The notes below the pieces were generated by a model. That model had not been told where the DNA came from, searched no databases, and saw only the letters and a list, made by a program, of their open reading frames with translations. Both the position numbers and the translations under genes were made by a program. Shown one piece after another: positions 27,701-41,700 of a stretch of DNA of 64,000 nt. Location: the NCBI RefSeq assembly GCF_964355755.1, contig NC_092670.1:9042201-9106200 (forward strand), read 5' to 3'. How positions within the stretch are numbered: position 1 is the stretch's first letter; every line of letters begins with the position of its first letter. This DNA is from Antedon mediterranea (lineage: Eukaryota; Animalia; Echinodermata).

Positions 27701-28708
27701 CATTTTTATTCTCCCTATACCTACACTGGTTCTAAGTCGTACATCTTACTATACTATTTCCTTTCATCTTCATTCTCCCTATACCTACACTGGTTCTAAG
27801 TCGTACATCTTACTATACTATTTCCTTTCATCTTCATTCTCCCTATACCTACACTGGTTCTAAGTCGTACATCTTACTATACTATTTCCTTTCATCTTCA
27901 TTCTCCCTATAACTACACTGGTTCTAAGTCGTACATCTTACTATACTATTTCCTTTCATCTTCATTCTCCCTATACCTACACTGGTTCTAAGTCGTACAT
28001 CTTACTATACTATTTCCTTTCATCTTCATTCTCCCTATACCTACACTGGTTCTAAGTCGTACATCTTACTATACTATTTCCTTTCATCTTCATTCTCCCT
28101 ATACCTTTCACTGGTTCTAAGTCGTACATCTTACTATACTATTTCCTTTCATCTTTATTCTCCCTATACCTACACTGGTTCTAAGTCGTACATCTTACTA
28201 TACTATTTCCTTTCATCCTCATTCTCCCTATAACTACACTGGTTCTAAGTCGTACATCTTACTATACTATTTCCTTTCATCTTTATTCTCCCTGTACCTA
28301 CACTGGTTCTAAGTCGTACATCTTACTATACTATTTCCTTTCATCTTTATTCTCCCTATACCTACACTGGTTCTAAGTCGTACATCTTACTATACTATTT
28401 CCTTTCATCCTCATTCTCCCTATAACTACACTGGTTCTAAGTCGTACATCTTACTATACTATTTCCTTTCATCTTTATTCTCCCTATACCTACACTGGTT
28501 CTAAGTCGTACATCTTACTATACTATTTCCTTTCATCTTTATTCTCCCTATAACTACACTGGTTCTAAGTCGTACATCTTACTATACTATTTCCTTTCAT
28601 CTTCATTCTCCCTATACCTACACTGGTTCTAAGTCGTACATCTTACTATACTATTTCCTTTCATCTTCATTCTCCCTATACCTACACTGGTTCTAAGTCG
28701 TACATCTT
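24733..28708. repeat. 64-bp tandem array, ~62 copies
   Basis: Unit ttactatactatttcctttcatcttcattctccctatacctacactggttctaagtcgtacatc; small insertions near 26585 and 28106. Confidence 0.98.
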
Positions 28709-30618
28709 TCAATGTTTTACCAAATACAGTACCAAATTGTTCATGAGTTTGAATAAGTATTGTTCGAACCCACGGCGTTACTTATTTTTCGCAATTCCAT
28801 TTTAAGATGTATGTTAATCGGCCTGCTACTCTGTTTAAATTCTATTATACGATGTAGGCCTACCTTTTCTGTTTCATATCTAATACGATTTTATCTCTTA
28901 GTGTACACGAGACAAAGAACAAGAGACAAAGACAAAAAAAAAACAATTTATAAAGCTTTTTTGACGGACTGTCGAATACGGGTTCATATTCGATGGTTGA
29001 AATCACAACTACGCATGCGCTCAACAATAAAAATACAATACATAAACAACGCGCGCGTAGAAACATCAAACAGGTAATACGGGATATATTACCCTTCTGA
29101 TCCGCTTGACTGAGTAAATGGGCGTAATACGGAATTATATCTCATACATAATTATTGACCAATCGGATTACAGAATTCACGTACACTAAGAGATAGAATA
29201 TATATGGCTTTTGACCAGATTGTGACAATGATCACTTTTGATAATTAAAAAAAAACCACGTTTTACATATTGCAATTTTATTCCGTTAAAAAAGGCGACA
29301 AAAGCGCTGTATACCTTGAAAACGCGGCCAAATTGTGCAAAAATCCCCATTTTCCAGCGTGTTTTTTAGTTCTCTCCACTAATAATCGTCGGATGTATCT
29401 GATTCAAACGGTAAAATGTTTAGAAATGAAAGCTTCATATTATTTCATAAATCACATCACTTAAATATGTGTTATCTCGTCGGAAATCACAATGTTGCTA
29501 CCTTTTACAGTGTAGCCACCCATACTTCGACGCGTAGAGTCCATGCACTTAAAAAAAAATTATATTGTGTGTCCGCCGTCGAGAGGGACTAGCAGGTCTT
29601 CAACCCGATTGTAAATTGGCTATACAAATATCACATCTAATTATACATTTAAAATCACATATCATTTTAAAGTCCAAATATTGAGGAAACTAAAAAGTCT
29701 AATTTTGTTTTATATAATTAAACAAAACATGATATTTAATTGGAAAAATAATTGGGTGTCCATGTAAATTTGACTAGCGCAGCGAGACAGATCCACACGG
29801 TTTACACACATATGCCTGGTAACTTTCATTATATCAGATTGTAATCGTAACACAAGTAGTGCAGATAGGGTTTTGTGTAACAACGGTTATCACATATTTA
29901 CCATTTGTACAGTATATTATGCATTAACATTGCTTTACTCTACTATTAAACTTTTGTTTGAATTATCTGATCCCGTGTTCATGACACCGCTATAATGTGA
30001 CTATCCTATCAATAATGTACACTGTAAAAAAAAACTGTTAAATTTACAATTTTTTGACTGTAAAAAATTACATCCGACGACCGTTTTTACTAATTACAGT
30101 CGTTTACTGTTAATTTCCGCCTTTTTACAACTATTTACTGTAAGTAATAATTTTTGTACCAATTCGTTGGTGGCGCTGTAATTAAATTAATCTGAGCATG
30201 CGTCGTCTGTGTTCAGATTTGAAATTTACCCGGGCCCCCGCGCGGGTCGCGATTTTTTTTTTCGTACATAAGTTGGGGACCCCTCATGAAACGTCACAAA
30301 ATAAACATGAATAATTCATCAGTTAAATGTTCTTGTTCCGTGTGCACCCAAGCGTATAGCAACAAGAAGTGATTACACACAAGGACTAGTGCGGTACGAT
30401 TCTAGGCCTATCTCCGCGCTGTTGTTGCGGCGTGCGATTTCATAGAAGAATAGCGGCGTTTTGTGTGGATTGGCGAAATAATTAGCCTTTAGTTTATGAT
30501 AGTGTTTTTAATATAATTTATTACTAAAGAATTAGGTGTTAAAATTATAGTTTCTATTAATACTATTAGGCCTAGGCCTAATTATTAGTCTCTAAACATA
30601 TGTCTATTCTAGTAGAGC

Positions 30619-30640
30619 TGTGTGTGTGTGTGTGTGTGTG
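30619..30640. repeat. (GT)n microsatellite
   Basis: Direct observation. Confidence 0.95.
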
Positions 30641-31211
30641 TTAGGTATGACACAATCCGAGTAATAAGTCAGCAAAATTAAACAATAAACATTACACAAA
30701 AATACAGTTTTTATTCTCGTGGGTCTAATCTTCCCATCTCATGTGTTCATAAAATACGCGCATTTTTAAAGTTCCTTTGAGTACATGCATTGTTTGATAA
30801 TAAAATAGCAGAATTAAAAAAAATACAGTACACAAATTATACACATTCTTTATTCTTGTGGGTCTAAGCTTTCTTTGGGCTATGTCCAATGAATTAGGCT
30901 ACTTAGTTTAATGTCTTGCCTAGCTGTCGATTAGCCTCGACTCGACACATTTTGTGTGAAGAAGAGTGCGCGAAGGCAATCGCGTGAAGAATCCTAGGCC
31001 AACTGTAGAAAGTATCGTATCGGGTAGTAACAAAGTGCGAGGCAGCGAGGCACGCGAAGCAGGGGAAGGCATGCGAGGCAAGTCAGAAATTTATGCGAGG
31101 CATGGCATCGTTTTACCATCATCAAAAAATGCGAGGCATCATTTTATCATTTCTCAAAATTGCAAGGCAGGTAATCACCGAAATTGAAGTAGCCTAGGCC
31201 TAGGCCCGCTA

Positions 31212-31725
31212 GGCTAGTTTCCTTTTGCACCTGCCTTGTATTTTAACCAACTTTCCCCATGCTCAATGTTTTTGTTTTTATGGAGCGCCAAAAGAGCAAC
31301 AATAATAGTACAAGTATAAAAACAGAAAGAAAACGAAACAAAAAAACTTATCATGATTTTTAAATTAAAATTTATTTGCCAGTATTTATTTCTTCGTACT
31401 TGCATGATTATACTATTATCATTACAATTTTAATTTTACATTGTTCCATCCACACTGTAGATGGACTCCACAGAGTTTTCAGCCCTCTATATAATTTTTG
31501 CTCTTTTGACGTTCCATAGAAACAAAAACATTGAACATGGCCCATGGGGATTCCTGTACTGTAGGCTAGTCATTTTGTGTGCGAGAAAAACGTCTGTAAA
31601 ATCATCAATTTAAAAATGTATTTGTTACTTTTTATGTGATTCTTTTTCATGAAAGTGCCAATTCTAAGGTGTGGTATTCAGAATAAATGTTAGGAGTTAA
31701 AATACAAGGCAGGTGCGAACGAAAG
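31212..31725. mobile_element. Degenerate MITE, same family as 58576-59474
   Basis: Inverted gcacctgccttgtattttaac / gttaaaatacaaggcaggtgc; shared internal atggagcgccaaaagagcaac and ttctaaggtgtggta. Confidence 0.7.
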
Positions 31726-32034
31726 ATAAATATTTGTAATCTTAGGTGTTGGGTCTTAGCTTTCGTGATCTTAGGTCTTAGGGGGTCTGAGCTTTCGTGG
31801 TCTGAGCTTTCGTGACACCCGAAAGTTGGGACATGCTTCCTCTCGCTCGTGCTCTCGTTTTTGTTGTTTTTGTAGGCCCAGAGCATCTATCACAAGGGCG
31901 GATTCAAAGGGGGCCCAGCAGGCCTGGGACCCCTCTATTTCAAAATCCTGGATCCGCAGGTGCAACAACGATTGACATGACCTAGCTTGTTCCTAGGTCA
32001 TTGGTCATCACAAATTGAAATCAGTGCCTAATAC

Positions 32035-35000
32035 CTTAATCCTACGTATTGAAACCACTGCTTCTGTTGTCGTTATGATTCCATAAGGGAGAAACAAGGA
32101 TATTAAGAGTCGTAAGACGTTGAACAGCGGTATGGCAAGGTACACTTTCCTAGACGTCAAAGTGTTTCCAGTCAAAGAATATACAACAAATGTAGCAAAA
32201 CTAACAAGGCTGGTTGTTGTGAAAAGGAACGCCAGATTTGTACCTCGTAGAAGAGAGCTCTTACGAATTTTCCAAATTTCACGTCTACATTTAACAAATC
32301 AAAATATTGGTTTTATCAAATAATATAAAACAATTAGGCCTACATACAAGAATTATTAGGATCTATAAAAGACTTTTAGACATCAAGGGTCTAGCTTTTG
32401 ACCTTTACTTAGCTATAGCAAAAATAGAACATAACTTAAAACAAAAATATCTTCTTTGCGATATTGTAGATTTAGGCCTAGGCCTAATCCCAGAAGATAT
32501 CAAGCATTTACTTTATCTTACAAATCCTAATACTTTGTTCTAAATGGGGCTTTCTCACTTATTGGCATCTTGAAAATAAATGGTAGAGTTAGCATAATCA
32601 TAATTGTAATTCTTATTACCTTCTACTCTCGGACACAAGATGTCCAAAAGGTTTCTCCCATGCATACATCTTGATGACGCGCATACCAGAGATAATTTCA
32701 TTCATAAATTGAACTCTTTCGTCGGTCAGGATGGCAGTCTTTGCTCTGAACTTTGAACAAAGACTTCCAAACCAAGCCTGCAACGGTGCCATCAGTAAGA
32801 GAATGGACATGCCTGCAAAGCATGATGGTCCTAATTCATACCATAGCAACACAGTAACAATTATCACTTGTAATGGTCCAATCCACAGGTATGGAATAAA
32901 CAACAATGCCTGCATGAAAAACAACAAACATTTTGTGCAAATTTTTCCCTGTATTTTCTTAAGTTAACATCAATTTTCATTTCATATCAAACAAAAACCA
33001 ATTTAAATCTTCAGTGAGTTACACTATCAAACTTTATGTGAGAAAAAATGTTATGTGCCCATATATGGACATGATGTCATACCACTACCATATTTGGGCA
33101 CATCACATTTTTTTCACACATAAACTTTGATAGTGTAGACAGAGCTTACCTCCCCATTCCACTCTACCAGTAATCTTAATAAACATATTACCACTTGTAT
33201 TACTTTCTAAAGCTCTGTTTACACTATCAAACTAGTTTGACAAAAAAGTGTAATGTGCCCAAATATGGTAGTGATATGCTTAAATATGGTAGTGACATGA
33301 CATCCTCATGTCCATATATGGCCACAACACCGTTTTTTGTCTCATAAAGTTTGATAGTGTCAGACAGAGTTTTATGTGTATGATCAAAGCGATATTTTCA
33401 ATAGTAACAAAAGAGAGAAACTGACCTGATCAAATCTATTGACATCGTTAGATAGAATATTTACAATTTGTCCCACTGTCGTCTTTCCTAAAGCTATACT
33501 GCTCAATCTAAGAGACTGAAACCAAACAATACAGGTATTTGCATTCATTCATTTTATTATGAATTGATGCGGATGACCGAACTCATCACGGTGACGAGTT
33601 CAAAACTAGAAATATTCGTATCATTAGTGACAATTCATGTATCACAATAAGTACAATAATAACGCTGGATATTATTGCCACGTTTTGGTTTTGTTAATTA
33701 AACAAAATCTGAATGAACCCTAGATATATGATACAGTATATCAGAACAGCTCAAAACACATTTTAAAGTCAACATTTTTATTATTTATTACTTATTTGTT
33801 CTTTCTTTTGACTGGATTGAATGTTCAGTAACGTAGTAGGCCTACTACTTTTCAAAATGGTCCACAAATAATTTGAAAGATATATACAGAAAATTAAAAA
33901 TACATTTTCCTTTGTATAAAAAGACATAAATATACACAAAGTAAAATAAAAAAAGTAGATACAAAAAAACATATTTGCAGGATCACAATTAGTAATGTTA
34001 GTACAGTACAAGGATGTGATATAATTAATGACAACGAGAATTTAAATAACCAATAACTAAAAGACGACCTCTCACCTTTCGATAAATAAGGCCACTACAC
34101 GCTACTCGTATCCTCATGCCAAGCAGTGAATTATAGAAAAAATAAGGATGATGTGCGGTAATGGCTATAGCAGATAATAAGACAACTATTGCAGCATACA
34201 TATACGCATCTTGTGTTGTAATATCTGAATCTACCGTGAAGTACGTGACTAGTAGACTTACAAACAGAGGCTGAGTTGTCCGACATGCTTCCTATATTTA
34301 GGGAAAAATTAATATATTAAACTTATGCAACAAAAGTACAGATGTCTACATTACCAAATGTTCAAAATTGGTAATTATATAAATTTACATAAGGGCAAAA
34401 TTCGGTAAATCGCGCGTTACTTCTAGAATGTTTACTCGATGGTATATAAAGTTGGTTTGTACTTTCGGTACTGATTTTAACCACCTGATGTAACCTTGTT
34501 TACTAATTAAATTGAGTTAGATAATTAGTTATTGACAATTAAAACGAATTTAGGTTCAACGATTTGCCCCAAATAGGGGTATTTTCCGATCTTGGTATCG
34601 GTGCTACTCGATGGATATAAAGTTAGTTCGTGGATTATAATGAATTTGAAAATACATTGAAGTCTATTTACGATTAAAATGTTCCTCTCCAAAATCATAC
34701 CACTAATAAAAATAGGATATGGATATCAAATGGTATTCTCAAGTCAATAAGACACAGACAAAAACTGTATTCTAAATTCCTCCACTACCCTCAAACAAAA
34801 ATGCCTACAAAATATACTGAAATAAATTAAATTCAATAATCAAAGCATCCAAACATTATCACAACACCTTCATGGAACACAAAAAAGGCAACCTGGAAAT
34901 CCATCAATTCTATTCTAAACAAATCTAATAAAGCACTTTATCTCAACCTTAAACTGTGATGGAGATATCATGAACGATCCATGCAAAATTGCTAACGCGC

Positions 35001-37998
35001 TCAACAAAGTGTTTGCTGAAATTGGTCCCTCCCTTGCCAAAAAATCCCCAATACACATAAATCTTTTAAAGACTTTCTCCCATCTAACCCAATTCCTAAT
35101 TCCTTATTCCTCAGTAAATACCATACTCACCGCCTTTAAAACAAATAAATCTCCTGGTATTGCCGATTTCCACACATGACCAATCAAATTTATCTACAAA
35201 CTATAGCAAGTTATACACGTTGCTGTCTGCAGAAATGCTGTACTTTTAACACCGTACACTGTCCTGTAGCACAGTGTCTGTTTATCACCAAATACAACAT
35301 ACCGTACTCTACAACAAGCAATTTGGTTTCCGTAAAGGATTCAACACCTCAATGGCTCTAATTGACCACACTAATAACACTGTAAATGCATTTGGAAATC
35401 GACAACTCTCAATTGGTCTCTTTATTGATCTTTCCAAGGCTTTTGACACCATCGACCATGAAATATTTTGTATAAACTATCCCATTATGGAATCCGAGGA
35501 CCCGCCCACTCACTTTTTAAAAGTTAGCTCTCCAATCGTTTTCAGTGTACAAAATATTCGAATTCTATATCAAATCTCAATCCAATAACTTGTGGTGTTC
35601 CTCAGGGTTCGTCCTCTTCTATTCATTTTATACATTAACAATCTTCACTTATAAACTATACATCCTTGACTTTTTTCTTTATGCCGAAGACACAACCATA
35701 CTTTTCCCCCGCCAAGACATAACAGTTTTATACGATACAGTAAATTCCAATCTCGTTCCAATTTCACAGTACTTTGCTGCAAATAAACTTTCCCTTAACC
35801 ATAAATAATGCAACTTCATCCTGTTAGGGATCCCACAAAAGCTAAAAAATATTGACTTCTCTCCCTATAAGATTCTGATTGATAACCATGAAACACCCTC
35901 TGTTAATTCCACTAAATGTCATGGTATTAACATCGATAACTGTCTTACGTAGGCCTACATGAGCTTCAAATCAAAATTTCCAAAAGCCTTGGCATCATTT
36001 ATAGATTATCTAACATTCTTACCCCTCAACATCTCTCGAATTTATACTGTTCCCTTATTCTTCCCTATTTGAGTTATGGTAAAATTGTTTGGGCAAACAC
36101 ATCCAATCTACATAAACTTAACATTCTTTTAAAAAAAAAAGCTATCAGGATTATATTTGGCTCTCCACTTCGCTCATATTCATCTCCCTGTTCCGTAATT
36201 TAAATTTATTCAAAATTGCAGATATAAACTTGTGCCAACAAGGCTCTTTTGTATATTCAGCCTTAAACACAGCACTCCCTTTCAATTTAACCAAATATTT
36301 ACCCGAAACCATTCGCTACATAACTATTCTACCCGACGTTGTAAAATTAATATACCTAATCATAACACTAATTACTTCCAACACAATATTTTATATTCAG
36401 GACCTACATTCTTCAATAAATTACCACCAAACCCCTTAAACTCTATTTCTCTTAATTCTTTTACTTAAAAACTTAAACAATTTTTTATTTCAAGTTACTA
36501 GATTTAACAAAATGTTGTTTCTGTTTCGTTATTTGCTGCTTTCTGTGCTCGATTTCTGCTTAATTTATATACACTTTATCAATGTTTTCCCTTTTTTTTC
36601 TCATTTACTTTTTTTTTATGAAATATTATCATTGCATATAATGTAATCAAAACATATCTTTACCCTATCTATTTTTTCATAAAATTGTTACTATGTCACT
36701 TTATATTATGTTTCAGGCTTGCCCAACACAAGTCCTCCTTCATCGGGATCAAGCCTTCTTTCAATGTTACTTTGTCATTTTATGTATCACCTTTTATTTT
36801 GTTACCATGACATTTGAAAGTAAATAAATGTTTAAATGCAATAGTATTGAAAAATTTAAAAGATACAGAAGTTGAATATGAAATACAGAATAAATACAAT
36901 ATCATTATTAGAGGACTACAATCAATGGAATAGATGAATATATAATATTGTAAGTATCAAAAATAGCATGATGATGTTTAAAAAGAAGAGATTATATTGG
37001 TAAAGGCCTACAAAATAACATGGTAACAATCAAAAGTGTTACAGTATATTGATTATTAATCGGGCATCACTATAATAAGGCTTTAAAATGTGATGTCCTA
37101 CAGGTATGTAACAATTAAAATTTGGAAGAAAAAAAAACTGAGGCATCCAATTTGAGAACTATTAATTTCTATAATGATTTGACAGTTTATACAATTAGCT
37201 TTAAGGCTCCCATTGACTATGTTTGTTTCTTCTCGAAGAGGTGCATCATACCTTATGAATACCATAACGCACCCGTGCGTCAAAAATATGTCTTACCTAA
37301 ATTAGGTGACCATGACGCACCCATTTTGACGCACCGTGACCATGTTGTTTATGATAAGGAGGGTGGTAAAGTAACGGACATTTGTGACGCACCCCTACAT
37401 CAATAATTATTTGTAAATGACGAACCTCTCCCAGGGGTCGTATAGTGGGTCATATACAATTGAAAAGTGCATAACATTGATTGTTAGTAAAAAGTATTAT
37501 GGATGGGGAGTTACTACATCAGTAAGTTTATACGTAGTATTTTGGTAGTCTCACCTCTGCTGATTACGTTAATTGAAAGAGCTCTTTTCGGTAAGTTAAA
37601 ATCGTATTTTAATTTTGTTAAATTAATTGTTATATCTCGTGTACTGTATTTTTTTTAACATGGGCTTTACATTGCAGTTGTATGATATATTTTAATCCAA
37701 TACAATTTTCATGCGTTTGTTTGAGTTTTATTAGACATGAATATTAAAATAATAAAGAAGCAATTAATCATATTTTATACTGTATTTTAAATTTTGTATA
37801 GTGCAATAGTACACAATTCAGTCAAACTGCAACACAGAGATTATCTACTCTGATACATTAAATTTGAAGAAGTTTACCTCAAGAACAACAAACAACATAG
37901 TAATGCTGGCAGGCTTCCAGATACATCTACCTATTGCTTTTCCAAGGCTGGGATCAGCACTGCTATCTTTACTCTTCCTGATCTCTTTTTCCCACTCT
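32035..37998 (-). CDS. ABCC4: ABCC4/MRP4-like ABC transporter, TMD1 exons only: 37878..37998, 34076..34291, 33426..33515, 32620..32909, 32035..32284
   Basis: WEKE..PSLGKAI; [24 protein letters not shown]; [23 protein letters not shown]; [34 protein letters not shown]; [21 protein letters not shown]. All GT-AG with compatible phases; sizes 121/216/90/290/250 nt. Confidence 0.92.
33020..33372. mobile_element. Two copies of the ~150-bp MITE in an ABCC4 intron
   Basis: acactatcaaac...tttgatagtgt with shared core gtgcccatatatggacatgatg, as at 1338-1487. Confidence 0.7.
34640..36840 (+). mobile_element. Heavily decayed LINE (L2/CR1 group) antisense in ABCC4 intron
   Basis: [48 protein letters not shown] motifs in broken frames. 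Confidence 0.88.
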
Positions 37999-38350
37999 CT
38001 GATAAAGATTGTTTATACAAATTAATAGGCCTAATCTTATTTATTAAAATATTGACACAGTTTCAAGTATTACATTGTATTGTATGTTTAAGCTTCAGTA
38101 AAGCATCTACTCCGCTATGTCATTTCATTTATTTCGTGTTTTTATAAATAATAAAAAAATCAACAGGTCACAAGGTACAGAGCACTTTAGAGGGTAGACG
38201 GGATTTTCAAAAGTGAAACACTATCGAGTGACTCTCCGACTACCTAGAGTGTAGGCCTACAAATAAAATAAACTTAAATACAGAAAAAAGTAACACAAAT
38301 ATATACAACAATACTATGGAATAAATCTTGTTTATATTTAAATGCCATTT

Positions 38351-38642
38351 ACCGTATTTATTTGAATAAACATCCTGCTTGAATAAACGGCTCCACCCTC
38401 CCCGGCTCCAATGCGTGCGTTTATTTATTTCCTCGAATAAACTCCCCGCCACATGCATTTTATACACAATTGTGTATCACAACACATTTTGACTGTCAAC
38501 AATTTACGAAGCATGTAGATACAATTTTTACTGTATTTTATCACTTTTTGAAATTTATTATTTATTTATTATTTATATTTACACCCAAAAAAATAAATGC
38601 CTCCCTCGTCCGTGGCATTTAAGTATTCGAATAAATATGGTA
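38351..38642. mobile_element. Tc1/pogo-like MITE
   Basis: ta-ccgtatttatttgaata ... tattcgaataaatatgg-ta inverted ends with TA flanks. Confidence 0.6.
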
Positions 38643-39699
38643 ATCATGTTTTAATGTAATAAAAAATAATGATTTATTGGTTCTATTTGGTTATATTTTC
38701 TTTACTGGATGATATCAACGGATTAACGATTACCAAAACGTCACAGATTCCACGGGTAAGTAAGTCAGTCTTACAAGCTTCGGTGCAAACTATCTATCAT
38801 TAGAATACAATTGGCATGTCTATACATAAAATAGTATTCCAAAAATAAAACTTATTTTCCTGCCAGTTTGGGTTTCGATCTTTTAATCAATCACAAGCTG
38901 TCACTTCTAATATTGTATTAGTATTGAAACAACAGTAGTGAAGAAAAAATATTCACAAATTTACTCAATATTCGAACCAAACAATTTAAGAAATTTGCAA
39001 GGTCCGAATTAAAAAACTTAAATTTAAATCTGTACATAGGCAGCCTATGAGGCAGAGTTATCTGTATGACTCCACTCACTTTTGTTACCTTCTTCCTCTT
39101 TACTACTGGCTCCACCTCCTCTTTCTCCTCCCTCTGTGGGCTTAAGAGACATAGTGCTTCCGTTGCTGCTGGACATCCTGCTGGTGCTGCTCGCTTTCAG
39201 TTCATTCAGAGATGGACACTCTGGGCTTGAAAAACGATACTTCTTCTAACATAAGACCACTTCTTTAATGGGATCCAGTCAAATCAATAGGGTTGGTGAA
39301 ATATTTCCACAACAGGGGGGTTATTTGTCCGTAATAGAGGATAAGGGCGTTGTTGTTTATCCAGAGGCTTTTTATAATTAACTGTCCAAAATAGGGGATT
39401 TTTTTGTCCACAATATGGGCTTTTATTGGAGTAGTGCGTCATCCATTGTGTTGTCCATAATAGGGGATTTTGTAAGAGTTTAGTAATTGTTGTTGACGCA
39501 ACGTACGGAAGCGTTAAAGTGCCATTCACTTGGCGTCTTGTCGAAATAATTTATCTTGTCAAGTCGACTTAATTATGACTATTATGTCGACATAGTAACC
39601 ATTATATGTCTCATTACAAAAGTACGAAAGCGAAAGTGACCGTCAAGGCCCGAGATATATAAAATTATCTTAGAACACGGAATAAAGTAGTGATGCAAA

Positions 39700-41700
39700 A
39701 GTTGGTTGATTTGTGCCAATAGTGAAACGGTGTCTACTGAGGGCTGTTGTTGGCTAACTGTGGCAACTGCAGGGCGGGTGGACACTTCCATAAGTGTGTC
39801 AGCTAGTTTGGCGAGGGCAACTACATTCAAATCATCTCTGCAATCGTTGCAAAAAATAATTGTCTTAAGACCTGTTGGTTTAACTGACAGTTGATGCATC
39901 TTCCGAAGCAGTTGTGATGGCTTCTTATCGCCTAATTCTTCCACTGTAAGGAGTTGGTTCAACCCAGTGGTGGCGCCAGCGGGGGGGCTACGGGGGCTCT
40001 AGCCCCCTCGTCGGGGAGCCTAGCCCCCCGTCGGGGAACACGGGTACTTTTGTCGGGGAATATAATATACAGTAAAAAGCGTTCGCGTTCACTTCGTAGC
40101 TAGCTTCAGCGCCTAGAAAACCGCGACGTTTCATTGACCGTGAGAGTACGTCAGAGTGATATTATGCATTCATTATTGCCAGCGATCTAACTTCTACTAA
40201 ACAATAGTTAGGTTCGCACTTGTCTGGCGGTATCCCTTTGTACGAATCGTTCAATGTTGGGTCGAGACGCGTGATATCAAGTTCCATCCAGGGACCAAAA
40301 TGTGTAATGTAGTTATTTTCCAGGCGAAGTTTACCGACGGTTACCGAAGGGAACACGGGTACTTTTTGTCGGGGAATATAATATACAGTAAAAAGCGTTC
40401 GCGTTCACTTCGTAGCTAGCTTCAGCGCCTAGAAAACCGTGACGTTTCATTGACTGTGAGAGTACGTCAGAGTGATATTATGCACTTTATATGCATCCAT
40501 TATTTTGCCAGCGATCTAACTTACTACTAAACAATAGCTAGGTTCGCACTTGTCTGGCGGTATCCCTTTGTTGTACGAATCGTTCAACGTTGGGTCGAGA
40601 CGCGTGATATCATGTTCCATCCAGGGACCAAAAATGTGTACTGTAGTTATTTTCCAGGCGAAGTTTACTGACGGTTACGTCGTGTACTGCGTCGACGTAC
40701 GCTACACTACAGCAAAAACGAATTATGTTAAATGTTCGTATGTTCACCAATTTTTTAATTTACAAGTAACCTTCTCTACCGTGGGGCACCTAAAATAAAT
40801 TTTTCATCCATTACTAAACAAAAAAACATGCCATTTTCGCTTAGCCAACATCTTATTATCTAAGTTATTACATTTTCAATGTCCTGTAGGCTATGTCATG
40901 AATTTCTCACCACTCGGAAGTCCAGATGGTGGTACGCACGCATACACTTGGGAGGAATAAACTTATTTCCCCGACTGAAAAAGGTCTACGCTTGCGTTTT
41001 TTAAACCTCTAGGCCTGATGTTTCCAAAGTATAAAATGCAATTTTTTGAAGACCTGCAGCTCTAGTTTTAAACAGTTTCTTAGCTCAGCCCCAATAATAA
41101 AGCTGGTCATATTTCGAAGTACAAGAAGTGCATTTTCCGGGACCTAACATCTCTATTCTAAACATTTCTTAGCTCAGTCACAACCATGATAGGGACTTAT
41201 ATATTTTGTTTCATGTTTTGAAGTATAATACAGTAAGCCCAATTTCCGGGACCTCCAACTCTATTTTTCTAAATTTCTTTGAACTTTTATTTTTTAAATT
41301 GAAAAATATGGATTGAAACAGTCATCGCGCATCGTTTTTTTTGCACGCAGTATTTTATTTATGCATTATAAAAAATGGAAAAAATGGCTACCCTAAATCT
41401 GATTAAAATGACCTCAAATGACGCTAGAACGCGTTTCTTCCGGGGGCTTCGCCCCCTGGACCCCCACCGGGGGCCCTTGGCGGCCCCCTGGCCCCCAGCC
41501 TAGTGATGCTCGCTTCGCTCGCATAGCCCCCTCGTCGGGGAATGTAGCCCCCGCGTCGGGAAGATCCTGGCGCCATCCCTGGTTCAACCGCTTGTGTTCC
41601 GACTCAGATGTTCGCTTAATTAGTTCTATTTTTAGTTGAGCGTATCGGCCCTCCGTGGGTGGGTTCATAAGGAGGTCTCTCACCTCAGAAGCGAGAGTGC
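39700..41700 (-). mobile_element. Ty3/Gypsy gag relic, interrupted by a hAT element
   Basis: RDLLMNPP..RYAQLKIELIKRTSESEHKRLNQ (41683-41582) resumes as LLTVEELGDKKPSQLLRKM..LAKLADTL below 39964. Confidence 0.8.
39965..41581. mobile_element. Non-autonomous hAT element with internal ~315-bp tandem duplication
   Basis: TIR cagtggtggcgccag / ctggcgccatccctg; perfect 8-bp TSD gttcaacc (39957-39964, 41582-41589); internal repeats start at ~40034 and ~40349. Confidence 0.92.

Noticed and set aside
22111-28708. Arrays as CRISPR
   Set aside because: Head-to-tail near-identical units with no unique spacers, no cas genes, eukaryotic context.
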